A stretch of DNA of 60,720 nucleotides, from assembly GCA_013286285.1 (NCBI GenBank), contig JABDGA010000003.1:1-60720 (forward strand). Direction: 5' to 3'. Source of the stretch: Alphaproteobacteria bacterium (GTDB lineage: Bacteria > Pseudomonadota > Alphaproteobacteria > Rickettsiales > JABCZZ01). Below, one piece after another: positions 29,633 through 37,927 of the stretch. Position numbers and translations under genes: made by a program. The stretch's first letter is position 1. Every line of letters begins with the position of its first letter. The notes under the pieces were generated by a model that saw only the letters and a list, made by a program, of their open reading frames with translations, was not told the DNA's origin and did not search any database.

Positions 29633-31302
29633 GCCGTCTCCTGTTCTTTAAGGTTAAGTTCAATGCACATCTGCTCGCGCATTTTGAATTTCTGGATTTT
29701 ACCGCTGACGGTAGTCGGGAATTCGGACACGAATTTCCAGTATTGCGGCACTTTGTAATGGGCAAGGTTCTTGCAGCAGAAATCCCGGATTTCCTTTTCA
29801 CCGGCCTGCGCACCGTGATGGAGCTGCACCCAGGCGCACAGCGCTTCGCCGTACTTCACATCGGGCACGCCAAACACGGCCGCCTGCGAAATCGCCGGAT
29901 GAGTGAAGAGAAATTCCTCAATTTCACGCGGGTAGATATTCTCACCGCCACGGATCACCATATCCTTCAGGCGGCCGGTAATTTTGTAATAACCGTCCGG
30001 CCTGCGGATGGCAAGATCGCCGGTATGCACCCAACCATCCTGCATCGTTTCTACGGTCGCCTCCGGATCATTGTAATAGCCGAGCATCGTACCGTGGCCG
30101 CGTGCGCAAAGCTCGCCCTGCTGGTTGTCCCCCAGCATCCTGCCGGAATGCGGATCGCGGATTTCAATGTCCACGCCGGGCAAAGGCGGGCCGACGGTTT
30201 CCACCCGCAGCGCGATGGAATCACACGTACGGCTTTGCGTCAGCACCGGCGCAGTTTCCGTCTGGCCATACGCAATGGTAATATCACGGCAGCCCATCAC
30301 ACCGATGACTTTCTTCATGATCTCTATCGGGCACGGACTGCCCGCCATAATGCCGCTGCGTAAGGAGGACAGGTTACGCGCTCTAAAGCTTGCATCCTCC
30401 AGCATTGCGACAAACATGGTCGGCACGCCGTAAATAGTCGTGCAACGTTCTTTTTCAATAGCCTCAAGCGTCGCCGACGGATTGAAATATTCGGCGGGAA
30501 CCACCAGCGCCGCACCGCGCACTATCGCACCGAGCACCCCCATCACGCATCCGAAACAATGATAAAACGGCACCGGCACGCACATGCGATCGGCCTCCGT
30601 GATTTCCTGACAGCCTGTGACATACCATGCATTCATCAGGATGTTGCAGTGCGATAACATGACCGCCTTGGGGAATCCGGTCGTACCGGAGGTATATTGA
30701 ATATTGATGGGATCCTTGGCGGAGAGCGTTGCCGCAATGCCTGCAAGCTGTGCATCGGCAACCGAGCGCCCTGCTTCCAGCATTTCATGCCAGGGCAAGT
30801 AATATTCCGGAGCATCCGGCTTTAGGGCGATCACATGCCGAAGTTTGGGAAAAGACGGGCAATGCACGCCGCCATGCCTTGCCTCTTTTATCTGCGGACA
30901 AGCCTCAGCAAAAATCGCATAATAGTCGGAAGACTTGAATGTATCGGTAAGGAATAAAGCCACAATATCGCTCTGCGCAATCGTGTAGCATAGCTCGAAA
31001 GGACGGTAGGCGGGATTAATCGTCACAAGCACAATGCCAACACTTGCTGCGCCATATTGCAGTAACACCCATTGCGGAATGTTGGTGGCCCAAACGCCGA
31101 TATGCTCACCCGGCTTGATGCCCAGCGCCAGTAGACTTTTGGCCACTTCTTGCACCGCAACATGAAACTCGTCATAGCGCATGCGCACGCCGCTCTGCGG
31201 AAACACCATGGCGTCGCGTTCTGCAAAGCGCCCTGCAATTCTGCCGAGCACCGCACCGATAGTAAGGCCATCGACCCAAGGCGATGATGATGTTTCAGCC
31301 AT
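29629..31302 (-). CDS. AMP-forming acyl-CoA synthetase (medium/branched-chain fatty acid-CoA ligase type)
   Basis: IQYTSGTTGFPKAVMLSH (AMP-binding motif), YGQTE and TGDLA..DGYYKITGRLKD are present. The start is placed at ATG 31302 (MAETSS...). The listed start at 31371 reads through a palindromic repeat element. Confidence 0.9.
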   Translation of the reverse strand: MAETSSSPWVDGLTIGAVLGRIAGRFAERDAMVFPQSGVRMRYDEFHVAVQEVAKSLLALGIKPGEHIGVWATNIPQWVLLQYGAASVGIVLVTINPAYRPFELCYTIAQSDIVALFLTDTFKSSDYYAIFAEACPQIKEARHGGVHCPSFPKLRHVIALKPDAPEYYLPWHEMLEAGRSVADAQLAGIAATLSAKDPINIQYTSGTTGFPKAVMLSHCNILMNAWYVTGCQEITEADRMCVPVPFYHCFGCVMGVLGAIVRGAALVVPAEYFNPSATLEAIEKERCTTIYGVPTMFVAMLEDASFRARNLSSLRSGIMAGSPCPIEIMKKVIGVMGCRDITIAYGQTETAPVLTQSRTCDSIALRVETVGPPLPGVDIEIRDPHSGRMLGDNQQGELCARGHGTMLGYYNDPEATVETMQDGWVHTGDLAIRRPDGYYKITGRLKDMVIRGGENIYPREIEEFLFTHPAISQAAVFGVPDVKYGEALCAWVQLHHGAQAGEKEIRDFCCKNLAHYKVPQYWKFVSEFPTTVSGKIQKFKMREQMCIELNLKEQETA

Positions 31303-31313
31303 AAATATGCCCT

Positions 31314-31385
31314 CGTCATCCCGTGCGAAAGCACGGGATCTCAGGCTATTATATTGAGATGCCGTGGTCAAGCCACGGCATGACG
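31314..31385. repeat. 72-nt double-hairpin palindromic element, copy 1
   Basis: Structure: cgtcatc-[ccgtgc gaaa gcacgg]-gatctcaggc, a 9-nt spacer, then gagat-[gccgtgg tcaag ccacggc]-atgacg. Its 30 nt at 31356-31385 are the exact reverse complement of 38792-38821. Confidence 0.85.
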
Positions 31386-31425
31386 TGGAAAGAGGTGTAA
31401 TTTATTTGGAAGGCTGATACATTAT

Positions 31426-31471
31426 ATGCCTCTCGCATGTGAAGCGTTGGGCCTTCACATGCGAGAGGCAT
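31426..31471. repeat. Perfect 19-bp stem hairpin
   Basis: atgcctctcgcatgtgaag (31426-31444) pairs with cttcacatgcgagaggcat (31453-31471) around an 8-nt loop, cgttgggc. There is no flanking U-tract on either strand. It lies in the divergent region between the synthetase and MaoC genes. Confidence 0.85.
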
Positions 31472-31537
31472 CAAAGCCGACGTTGAAAATGTGGGCTTTG
31501 CGCCGCAGAGCGAGCGTGACGCACGCCAAGAGTTGGC

Positions 31538-32038
31538 GTGCAAAAGGTATATATGGGAGACATGGAAGCTATGCGTAAAAAACTCTACTACGAGGACTTC
31601 ACTACCGGACAGCAATTGCGCAGCAAAAGCAGCTATACGATCAGCCGGGAAAACGCCATCGCATTTGCTCGTGAATACGATCCGCAGCCGCAACATATGG
31701 ACGAACACGAGGCCCAGGGGACCACTTTCGGCAACCTCGTCGTCAGCGGCTGGCAGACCGCCGCCGTGAGCATGCGCCTGAAAGAACAGACAGGGCTGTA
31801 TGATGTCTCCGGCGGACTGATCGGCGTGGGGATCGAAAATATACGCTGGCCACGCCCCACGCTGCCGGGCGATTCCTTACACGTGGTAGTGACCGTGCTG
31901 GAAAAGCGCCTGTCCAAATCACAGTCAGGCAAAGGCATCATCCGGTATAAAGTGGAAACCTTCAATCAGCGTGACGAACTGGCGATGGAAATGACCACCA
32001 CAGTCATCGTGCCGGCACCCCCAGAAGGGCAGCACTAG
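31538..32038 (+). CDS. MaoC-like (hot-dog fold) enoyl-CoA hydratase/dehydratase
   Basis: YEDFTTGQQLRSKSSYTISRENAIAFAREYDPQPQHMDEHEA...FGNLVVSGWQT is the MaoC dehydratase pattern. The listed start is GTG; alternative ATGs are at 31553, 31562 and 31571. Confidence 0.8.
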   Translation: MQKVYMGDMEAMRKKLYYEDFTTGQQLRSKSSYTISRENAIAFAREYDPQPQHMDEHEAQGTTFGNLVVSGWQTAAVSMRLKEQTGLYDVSGGLIGVGIENIRWPRPTLPGDSLHVVVTVLEKRLSKSQSGKGIIRYKVETFNQRDELAMEMTTTVIVPAPPEGQH

Positions 32039-32990
32039 CCGTAGTGGCATCTACCCGTTCCGCATGCCTCGTGGAGGAGGTAGCCCTGCCGTCATCCGGC
32101 AAGGTTTCATTTGAGTTATTGGTAACTCTTTGTGTTTCTGGTCGGGAAGAATTTTGGGAAATTTCATTTTTGGCAACCGACTTTTTCTTGCCCATCCAAT
32201 TCGCAAACAGATTATAGAAAAACGAATGCAGCAAAGCATAGGGAATCCCCAATCCTGCATCGGTGGCGATGCTTCTATGTATGAAATTCCAGCGCTCGCC
32301 TGCTTCCTGCGGACTGATGTTTTTGAATTTTTCCGGCCCTCGCCCTATCAACCTTGCAGCTTTCTCACTTAACTTCTCTACGTGATTAAACCATATTTTA
32401 TCACTCACTTTTGCCGTCCAGGGAATAAGGACAATGAGAAGCAGTGGCAGTAAGGCACATCCTCGTGCCGCAAGTCCCGCCCAGAAATTTTTCTTAGGTT
32501 CATTGTCAATCGCGTCATAGGCTTCCCGAAACTTGGGATCGCTCTCCACTTTTTCCTTGCCGTATATCAAGCGATCATAAAACCCGATGATGGATTTTTT
32601 GACTTTTTTGCTTTCCAGCACCCGCAAGGGCGGCAGCGTGAACATGCCGCCGGCAATCACGCCGAAGAATATATTTCCGTATTCCACGCTCTTTTGCCGC
32701 AGTTCATTATTCTTAATAGGAGAAAGTGCGCGGTTAAGCCCCCGGCTGATCGGATCGCTCCAGATCTTCTGACCCAATTTCGAGTATTTTCCCCAGTACG
32801 CAAAGCTTACACCGGCCATGGCATTAAAAATCCAGTCAATGCCTAAATACGTGCTCCAGAAATGGATACGTTCTCCCGCAGTCTTGCCACGAGGCCCAGC
32901 ACGATCGGGTTTCTCCGGATCCGAATCCAGTACGGGTGCCACATCCAGCGGGGTTTCGGCGGGTTCTTTTTTGGGTGTCTTATCTTCCAT
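32004..32990 (-). CDS. Hypothetical membrane protein, 328 aa
   Basis: A long ORF with several hydrophobic helices and Lys-rich loops. I recognise no family. Its 3' end overlaps the convergent MaoC gene by 35 nt. Confidence 0.5.
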   Translation of the reverse strand: MEDKTPKKEPAETPLDVAPVLDSDPEKPDRAGPRGKTAGERIHFWSTYLGIDWIFNAMAGVSFAYWGKYSKLGQKIWSDPISRGLNRALSPIKNNELRQKSVEYGNIFFGVIAGGMFTLPPLRVLESKKVKKSIIGFYDRLIYGKEKVESDPKFREAYDAIDNEPKKNFWAGLAARGCALLPLLLIVLIPWTAKVSDKIWFNHVEKLSEKAARLIGRGPEKFKNISPQEAGERWNFIHRSIATDAGLGIPYALLHSFFYNLFANWMGKKKSVAKNEISQNSSRPETQRVTNNSNETLPDDGRATSSTRHAERVDATTASAALLGVPAR

Positions 32991-33129
32991 GCGTTGTCAC
33001 AGGCCCAGGCTACACAAAATGCTTACGGTAATTTTACTACAGTGGGGGAGCAACGTCCATGACGGGTATATGAAGAAATTATGACAATAATCTTCACAAG
33101 GCTACTTTAATCATCTGGGAAACAATCAT

Positions 33130-33163
33130 AAAAAAGACCGGTGCCTTACGAAAAAGCACCGGT
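33130..33163 (-). terminator. Rho-independent terminator (minus strand)
   Basis: accggtgc (33137-33144) pairs with gcaccggt (33156-33163). On the plus strand it is preceded by A6 (33130-33135), which gives a U-tract after the hairpin on the minus transcript. Confidence 0.55.
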
Positions 33164-33190
33164 TAGAAACGGAATTACCAATATATTGCA

Positions 33191-33357
33191 GCTAGTGTGC
33201 CGTCCCATGCAACGCTTTACTTATAATTTATGGCATCCCCCCCAAGCAGCATGGGACGAGAAACACACTAGCCATTATTAATAAGTGTAGTGTTTACCCG
33301 CGCAGGCGGATTTTCGCGCAGAGAGGTAATATAAAACGCTACGCGGGACACTACACT
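33191..33357 (-). other. Two adjacent long bipartite hairpins in the 3' region of the small gene 33356..33589
   Basis: Hairpin 1 (33191-33272): gctagtgtg/cacactagc (9 bp) plus cgtcccatgc/gcatgggacg (10 bp), with a 38-nt apical loop. Hairpin 2 (33284-33357): agtgtagtgt/acactacact (10 bp) plus cccgcg/cgcggg (6 bp), with a 39-nt apical loop. All helices are perfect. Confidence 0.6.
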
Positions 33358-33589
33358 AAGCCGCCGCGTACAACACTTCATGGGTTATGCGGTTAAGGTT
33401 AATATCCACTTCATCCTGGGAAAGATTATATTTCTGCTTTATCGCCTCAAAAAACCCCTCCAGATCCGTCCGGTGCCGGTTGATTTCCTCTTCTGTCAGC
33501 TCAGGCCACTGACGGTGGATAAGCGTATTAATCGTCATTGAGGCGGGAGACATTTTCAGAATTTTTGCATCATTTGTGTTTCGCAGCAT
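33356..33589 (-). CDS. Small hypothetical protein, 77 aa
   Basis: The start is placed at ATG 33589, preceded by aggaaa. WPELTEEEINRHRTDLEGFFEAIKQKYNLSQDEV is faintly CsbD-like. Product assignment is uncertain. Confidence 0.45.
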   Translation of the reverse strand: MLRNTNDAKILKMSPASMTINTLIHRQWPELTEEEINRHRTDLEGFFEAIKQKYNLSQDEVDINLNRITHEVLYAAA

Positions 33590-33779
33590 ATTATTTTCCT
33601 TTCGATATAATACCTTAAGCACAAACAACGATTGCAAATCAAACATAAGCAAGCCAGACGCTTTGGAAAGGAGGGATATAAGCCAGTTATAAATACGTTT
33701 GTAGCCTTGGGGTTAACCCGATTTTAATCTTTTGGGGTTATAAATACAGTATACGCACAAATCCCAGCACGATAAATCC

Positions 33780-36323
33780 ATGGACGATCTGATCAGCGAA
33801 TTTATCACCGAAACGGTTGAGAGCTTGACAGCGCTTGATTCCGAGTTGATCCGGTTTGAGCAGGATCCGGGCAATGCGGAAGCGCTAGGGAATATATTCC
33901 GTCTCGTCCATACGATCAAAGGCACCTGCGGCTGGTTGGGATTAACCAGGCTGGAAATCATCGCCCATGCTACAGAAAATGTCCTGGGAGGGCTGCGTAA
34001 TAAGTCCATACCCGTATCGGCTGCATTGATTTCGACAGTGCTGGAGTCGCTGGACGCTACCAAGTCGATTGCCGAATATGTCAATACGCACGGCAAAGAA
34101 CCGGCTGGCAATGATGTTGCACTAATTCAGCGGATTAATGCAGCAGGACTCTCACAAGAGGCCGATGCCACTGATGTTTCAAAATCCTCCGATCTTCCCT
34201 TGCTGCCGCAGCCCGATGATACCCCAGCGCCTCCGGAAGACACACCGGACGACAGCCCTGTTGCAGGCAACCAGCCGCACTCGATTCGGGTCAATCTCGA
34301 TCTGTTGGAACATCTGATGCAGATGGTGGGGGAGCTGGTGCTGACGAGAAACCAGCTGACGCAGATTAACAAAATACGCAAGATCCAGGAATTTTCATCC
34401 AGCCTGCAGCAATTGAGTCAGATCACCTCGGAACTGCAGGAGAACGTCATAAAAACACGCATGCAGCCCATCGGCAACGCATGGTCCAGATTTCCCCGCC
34501 TGATACGCGAGCTGTCGCAGGAGCTGGGGAAAAAAATCCATCTGCAGATGATTGGCGCCGATACTGAACTCGATCGCCAGTTGCTGGAAGCCATCAAGGA
34601 CCCGCTGATCCATATGGTCAGGAACTCCGCCGATCATGGCCTGGAACCTGCGGAAGAACGGCTGGCTGCCGGAAAACCGGAAGCGGGCACCGTGACCCTG
34701 TCCGCCTTCCATGAGGGCGGCCACATCATCATCGAGATGTCCGACGATGGACGCGGGCTCAATATCGAAAAGATAAAACAGCGTGCCTTAAAGAACGGGC
34801 TGGCAAAGGAAGAAGATATCGCCAAGCTCACCAACCAGCAGATCGTGCAGTTCATATTCCTTCCGGGGTTTTCCACGGCGGATAAAATCACCAGTATTTC
34901 CGGGCGCGGCGTCGGCATGGATGTTGTACGCTACAATATCGAAAAAATCGGCGGCACGCTAGAACTCACCTCGTTCCAGGGCAAAGGCTCAAAATTCAAC
35001 ATCAAGATACCGCTTACCCTGGCTATTGTTTCCGCGCTTGTCGTCCAATCCTGCGGGCAACGTTTCGCATTGCCGCAGCTGGGCGTACAGGAAGTAGTGC
35101 GCATTGGTCATGACACGGGGCATAGTATTGAGCATATCAATCACTCCTGCGTCATGCGCCTCCGCGACAAGCTGCTGCCGGTCATAGCGCTGGCGGATGT
35201 GCTGGGCATGCATTCCGCAGATAGTACGCAGGCAGATGCTAAATTCGTAGTGGTATGCAGGGTCGGCAGCTACAGTTTCGGCCTCCGGGTGGAGCACATA
35301 TTAGACATGGAAGAAATCGTCATCAAACCCATGTCCGAGATTCTTAAATCCATCCCGCTCTATTCTGGCAGCGCCATATTAGGCGACGGCAGCATCATCA
35401 TGATTCTGGATCCGCATGGCCTGGCGCGCGCCAGCGGGGCGGAAGATGTGTCCAGCACCTTTGACGCGTCCGCCATGCTTGGCAGGCAGGCCGCCAATGA
35501 CAATCTCGTACGATTTCTACTATTTCAAAGCCAGACCGGCTCGGTCAAGGCCGTCCCACTGGAACTGGTGTCACGCATTGAAAAGATAGACATGGCGACC
35601 GTGGAGAAATCCAGCACGCACCCGATCGTGCAATATAAGGACGGGCTGATGCGGCTGCGCACCATGATGCATGAAACCTTACCGTCTAAAGATACGAAGG
35701 AAGTCATCGTATTTTCCTATGACAACCAGTATCTCGGCCTTGTGGTGGAGAAAATTCTGGACATCGTCACTGTGCCGTATGACATCAAGCTATCTTCCAA
35801 AGAAGCAGGATTGCTCGGCAGCACCATTATCGGCGGCCAGACCACGGATATTGTGGACGTAGCCTATATATTGCGTGAATTGGTCGGGATAAGCGACGTC
35901 GAAGGGACATTTGCCGAGCTGGACAGGAAATACGAGTTACTGTTTGTCGAAGACAATACCTTCTTCCGCAGCCTTACGGTGCCGCTGTTGATTTCCGTCG
36001 GGTACAAAGTCACTGCCGTCAAGGATGCAAGTGAAGCGCTCAAAATGCTGGAAAGCAAGCCGGGATTTGATGTCATCGTGAGCGATATCGAGATGCCCGG
36101 AATGGATGGGTTTGCCTTCGCTGAGAAGTGCCATAACGATCCCCGGCTCTCCCATATCCCCCTGTTCGCGTTCACTTCAAACAAGAATGAACAGATCTTG
36201 CAGAAAAGCAGGCAGTACGGCTTCAGGGATCTGGTGCTGAAAAACAATCGTGCGGCACTGCTGAAATCCATCGCGCTCTTCTTCAAGGAACAACAGGAGG
36301 GCATGTATGAACGCAGAGCCTAG
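33780..36323 (+). CDS. cheA: Hybrid chemotaxis histidine kinase CheA (Hpt, dimerisation, HATPase, two CheW-like domains, C-terminal receiver)
   Basis: Hpt box FRLVHTIKGT; HATPase (DPLIHMVRNSADHG, DDGRGL, GRGVGMD); two consecutive CheW-like segments; C-terminal REC (LLFVEDN...VIVSDIEMPGMDG...). Confidence 0.95.
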   Translation: MDDLISEFITETVESLTALDSELIRFEQDPGNAEALGNIFRLVHTIKGTCGWLGLTRLEIIAHATENVLGGLRNKSIPVSAALISTVLESLDATKSIAEYVNTHGKEPAGNDVALIQRINAAGLSQEADATDVSKSSDLPLLPQPDDTPAPPEDTPDDSPVAGNQPHSIRVNLDLLEHLMQMVGELVLTRNQLTQINKIRKIQEFSSSLQQLSQITSELQENVIKTRMQPIGNAWSRFPRLIRELSQELGKKIHLQMIGADTELDRQLLEAIKDPLIHMVRNSADHGLEPAEERLAAGKPEAGTVTLSAFHEGGHIIIEMSDDGRGLNIEKIKQRALKNGLAKEEDIAKLTNQQIVQFIFLPGFSTADKITSISGRGVGMDVVRYNIEKIGGTLELTSFQGKGSKFNIKIPLTLAIVSALVVQSCGQRFALPQLGVQEVVRIGHDTGHSIEHINHSCVMRLRDKLLPVIALADVLGMHSADSTQADAKFVVVCRVGSYSFGLRVEHILDMEEIVIKPMSEILKSIPLYSGSAILGDGSIIMILDPHGLARASGAEDVSSTFDASAMLGRQAANDNLVRFLLFQSQTGSVKAVPLELVSRIEKIDMATVEKSSTHPIVQYKDGLMRLRTMMHETLPSKDTKEVIVFSYDNQYLGLVVEKILDIVTVPYDIKLSSKEAGLLGSTIIGGQTTDIVDVAYILRELVGISDVEGTFAELDRKYELLFVEDNTFFRSLTVPLLISVGYKVTAVKDASEALKMLESKPGFDVIVSDIEMPGMDGFAFAEKCHNDPRLSHIPLFAFTSNKNEQILQKSRQYGFRDLVLKNNRAALLKSIALFFKEQQEGMYERRA

Positions 36324-36777
36324 ACAGGAAGCATATGGCCTCCCTGCGCCCGAAAACAAAAAATTCCTCAATGTCTGCGTAGGGCACCAGACATTCGGCA
36401 TCCCGATCCCCATCATACAGGACGTATTGCAGGATCTGAAAATCACCCCCGTTCCGCTGACTCCGCCGTATGTCTTTGGCCTGCTCAACCTGCGCGGGCG
36501 CATTGTAGCAGCCATTGACGTGCGCACCAGCCTTGGGCTGCCGCGCCTGCAGGATCACACAAACCGCAAGGTGATGAACATCATCGTGGAACACCGGGGC
36601 GAACTGTTCAGCCTGCTTGTGGATACGATCGGTGAAATCACCGATATTCCGCCCGATCAGATAGAAAGAAACCCCGACAATCTTTCCGAGCGCTGGAAGG
36701 CGGTGTCCCTTGGAATTTACAAACTAAAGGACAAGCTCATCATAATAACTAATATTCAGAAACTTATCGGTTTATAA
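36307..36777 (+). CDS. cheW: Chemotaxis coupling protein CheW
   Basis: 156 aa. FGIPIPIIQDVL..PVPLTPPYVFGLLNLRGRIVAAIDV is the CheW pattern. It overlaps cheA by 17 nt. Confidence 0.9.
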   Translation: MNAEPRQEAYGLPAPENKKFLNVCVGHQTFGIPIPIIQDVLQDLKITPVPLTPPYVFGLLNLRGRIVAAIDVRTSLGLPRLQDHTNRKVMNIIVEHRGELFSLLVDTIGEITDIPPDQIERNPDNLSERWKAVSLGIYKLKDKLIIITNIQKLIGL

Positions 36778-36868
36778 TCACCTTGGAGAATCGTTTCTGC
36801 ATTAAGAAAGTATTAATGAAACAGTGATAATATAGTGAGCTGGATGTTCGTAATCTGCAGGGTTGTAT

Positions 36869-37255
36869 ATGGGCGTAAATAAAAATATTCCGATATTGAT
36901 CGTAGACGACAACAAGACTGTATTGCGTATCGTAAGAAGTCTGCTGGGGCAGAATGGCTTCCATAACATTGAGGAAGCGATGAACGGCCAGGCGGCGCTG
37001 AACAAGATACAGGAAAAGGCCTTCGGTCTTGTCATATCCGACTGGAATATGGAGCCGGTCAGCGGGCTTGAGCTGCTCAAGAGCCTCCGGGCGGATGCAC
37101 GCATGAAGAACGTCCCGTTCATCATGGTCACCGCCGAGGGCAAACCGGAAAATATTACGACTGCCCGGGATGCCGGCGTCAGTAACTACATCGTCAAACC
37201 CTTCAGTTCGGAAACGCTGAAAAGCAAGATAGCCAGCGTGCTGGGGCCATTCTGA
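36869..37255 (+). CDS. cheY: Chemotaxis response regulator CheY
   Basis: ILIVDDNKTVLRIV...VISDWNMEPVSGLELL...MVTAEG...NYIVKPF carries the CheY-type D/D/T/K residues. ATG 36869 is preferred over the listed TTG at 36863. Confidence 0.95.
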   Translation: MGVNKNIPILIVDDNKTVLRIVRSLLGQNGFHNIEEAMNGQAALNKIQEKAFGLVISDWNMEPVSGLELLKSLRADARMKNVPFIMVTAEGKPENITTARDAGVSNYIVKPFSSETLKSKIASVLGPF

Positions 37256-37275
37256 CCACGGGAGCAACAGCACCT

Positions 37276-37908
37276 ATGCAGGACCTATATGACAGGCTGA
37301 TGATTCAGCTGGAAGCTTTGCGGAAGAAGAAGGACGCGATTACCCTGTATGACATCAGTGCCGTACTGGATGACGTCGCCAAATATCTCAGCAACGGCAA
37401 ATCGGAATTCAATACGCTGCTCCTGCAGGCAGAGATCGTCAAGATAGCCAATCATATAGACATTACCAAGAAAGAACTCGGCCTGCTGGTGCCGGGGGAG
37501 CACGCAAACCAGAATATTTCCCAGTTGGAAGCGGTCATACAGGCGACCGAGGAAGCCGCCGGCACTATCCTGGATGCGGCGGACGAGATCACCACGCTCG
37601 TGAATACCTCTGGCGCTTCGCAGGAAACCAAGGATAAAATCCTCGCGGTGACAACGCGTATCTATGAAGCCTGTAATTTTCAGGATCTGACAGGGCAGCG
37701 CATCATCAAGGTCATACGCGAGCTTGAATTCGTGGAAGCCAAGATCCGCCGCCTGATACAACTTATTTCCAGTAACAGCTCCGCTTCCGCAGAAGACTTC
37801 AATGTGCCACAGGACACCCGTCCGGATCGGCATCTGATGAACGGACCGCAACTGCCGGGGAGCGCACCCGCGCAGGCCGATATCGATGCATTGTTCAAAA
37901 AGGCCTAG
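37276..37908 (+). CDS. cheZ: CheZ-like CheY-P phosphatase
   Basis: 210 aa helical protein containing the CheZ active-site motif FQDLTGQRI. Confidence 0.75.
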   Translation: MQDLYDRLMIQLEALRKKKDAITLYDISAVLDDVAKYLSNGKSEFNTLLLQAEIVKIANHIDITKKELGLLVPGEHANQNISQLEAVIQATEEAAGTILDAADEITTLVNTSGASQETKDKILAVTTRIYEACNFQDLTGQRIIKVIRELEFVEAKIRRLIQLISSNSSASAEDFNVPQDTRPDRHLMNGPQLPGSAPAQADIDALFKKA

Positions 37909-37927
37909 TCCGGGGCAGGAACATATC

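Noticed and set aside
29563-30363. 266-aa plus-strand ORF
   Set aside because: It is antisense to the acyl-CoA synthetase gene and has no recognisable motifs.
31303-31371. Longer start (31371) for the acyl-CoA synthetase
   Set aside because: The extra 23 codons are read through the 72-nt palindromic element (..SRAFARDDEG..). This is a typical repeat-derived artefact. ATG 31302 is used instead.
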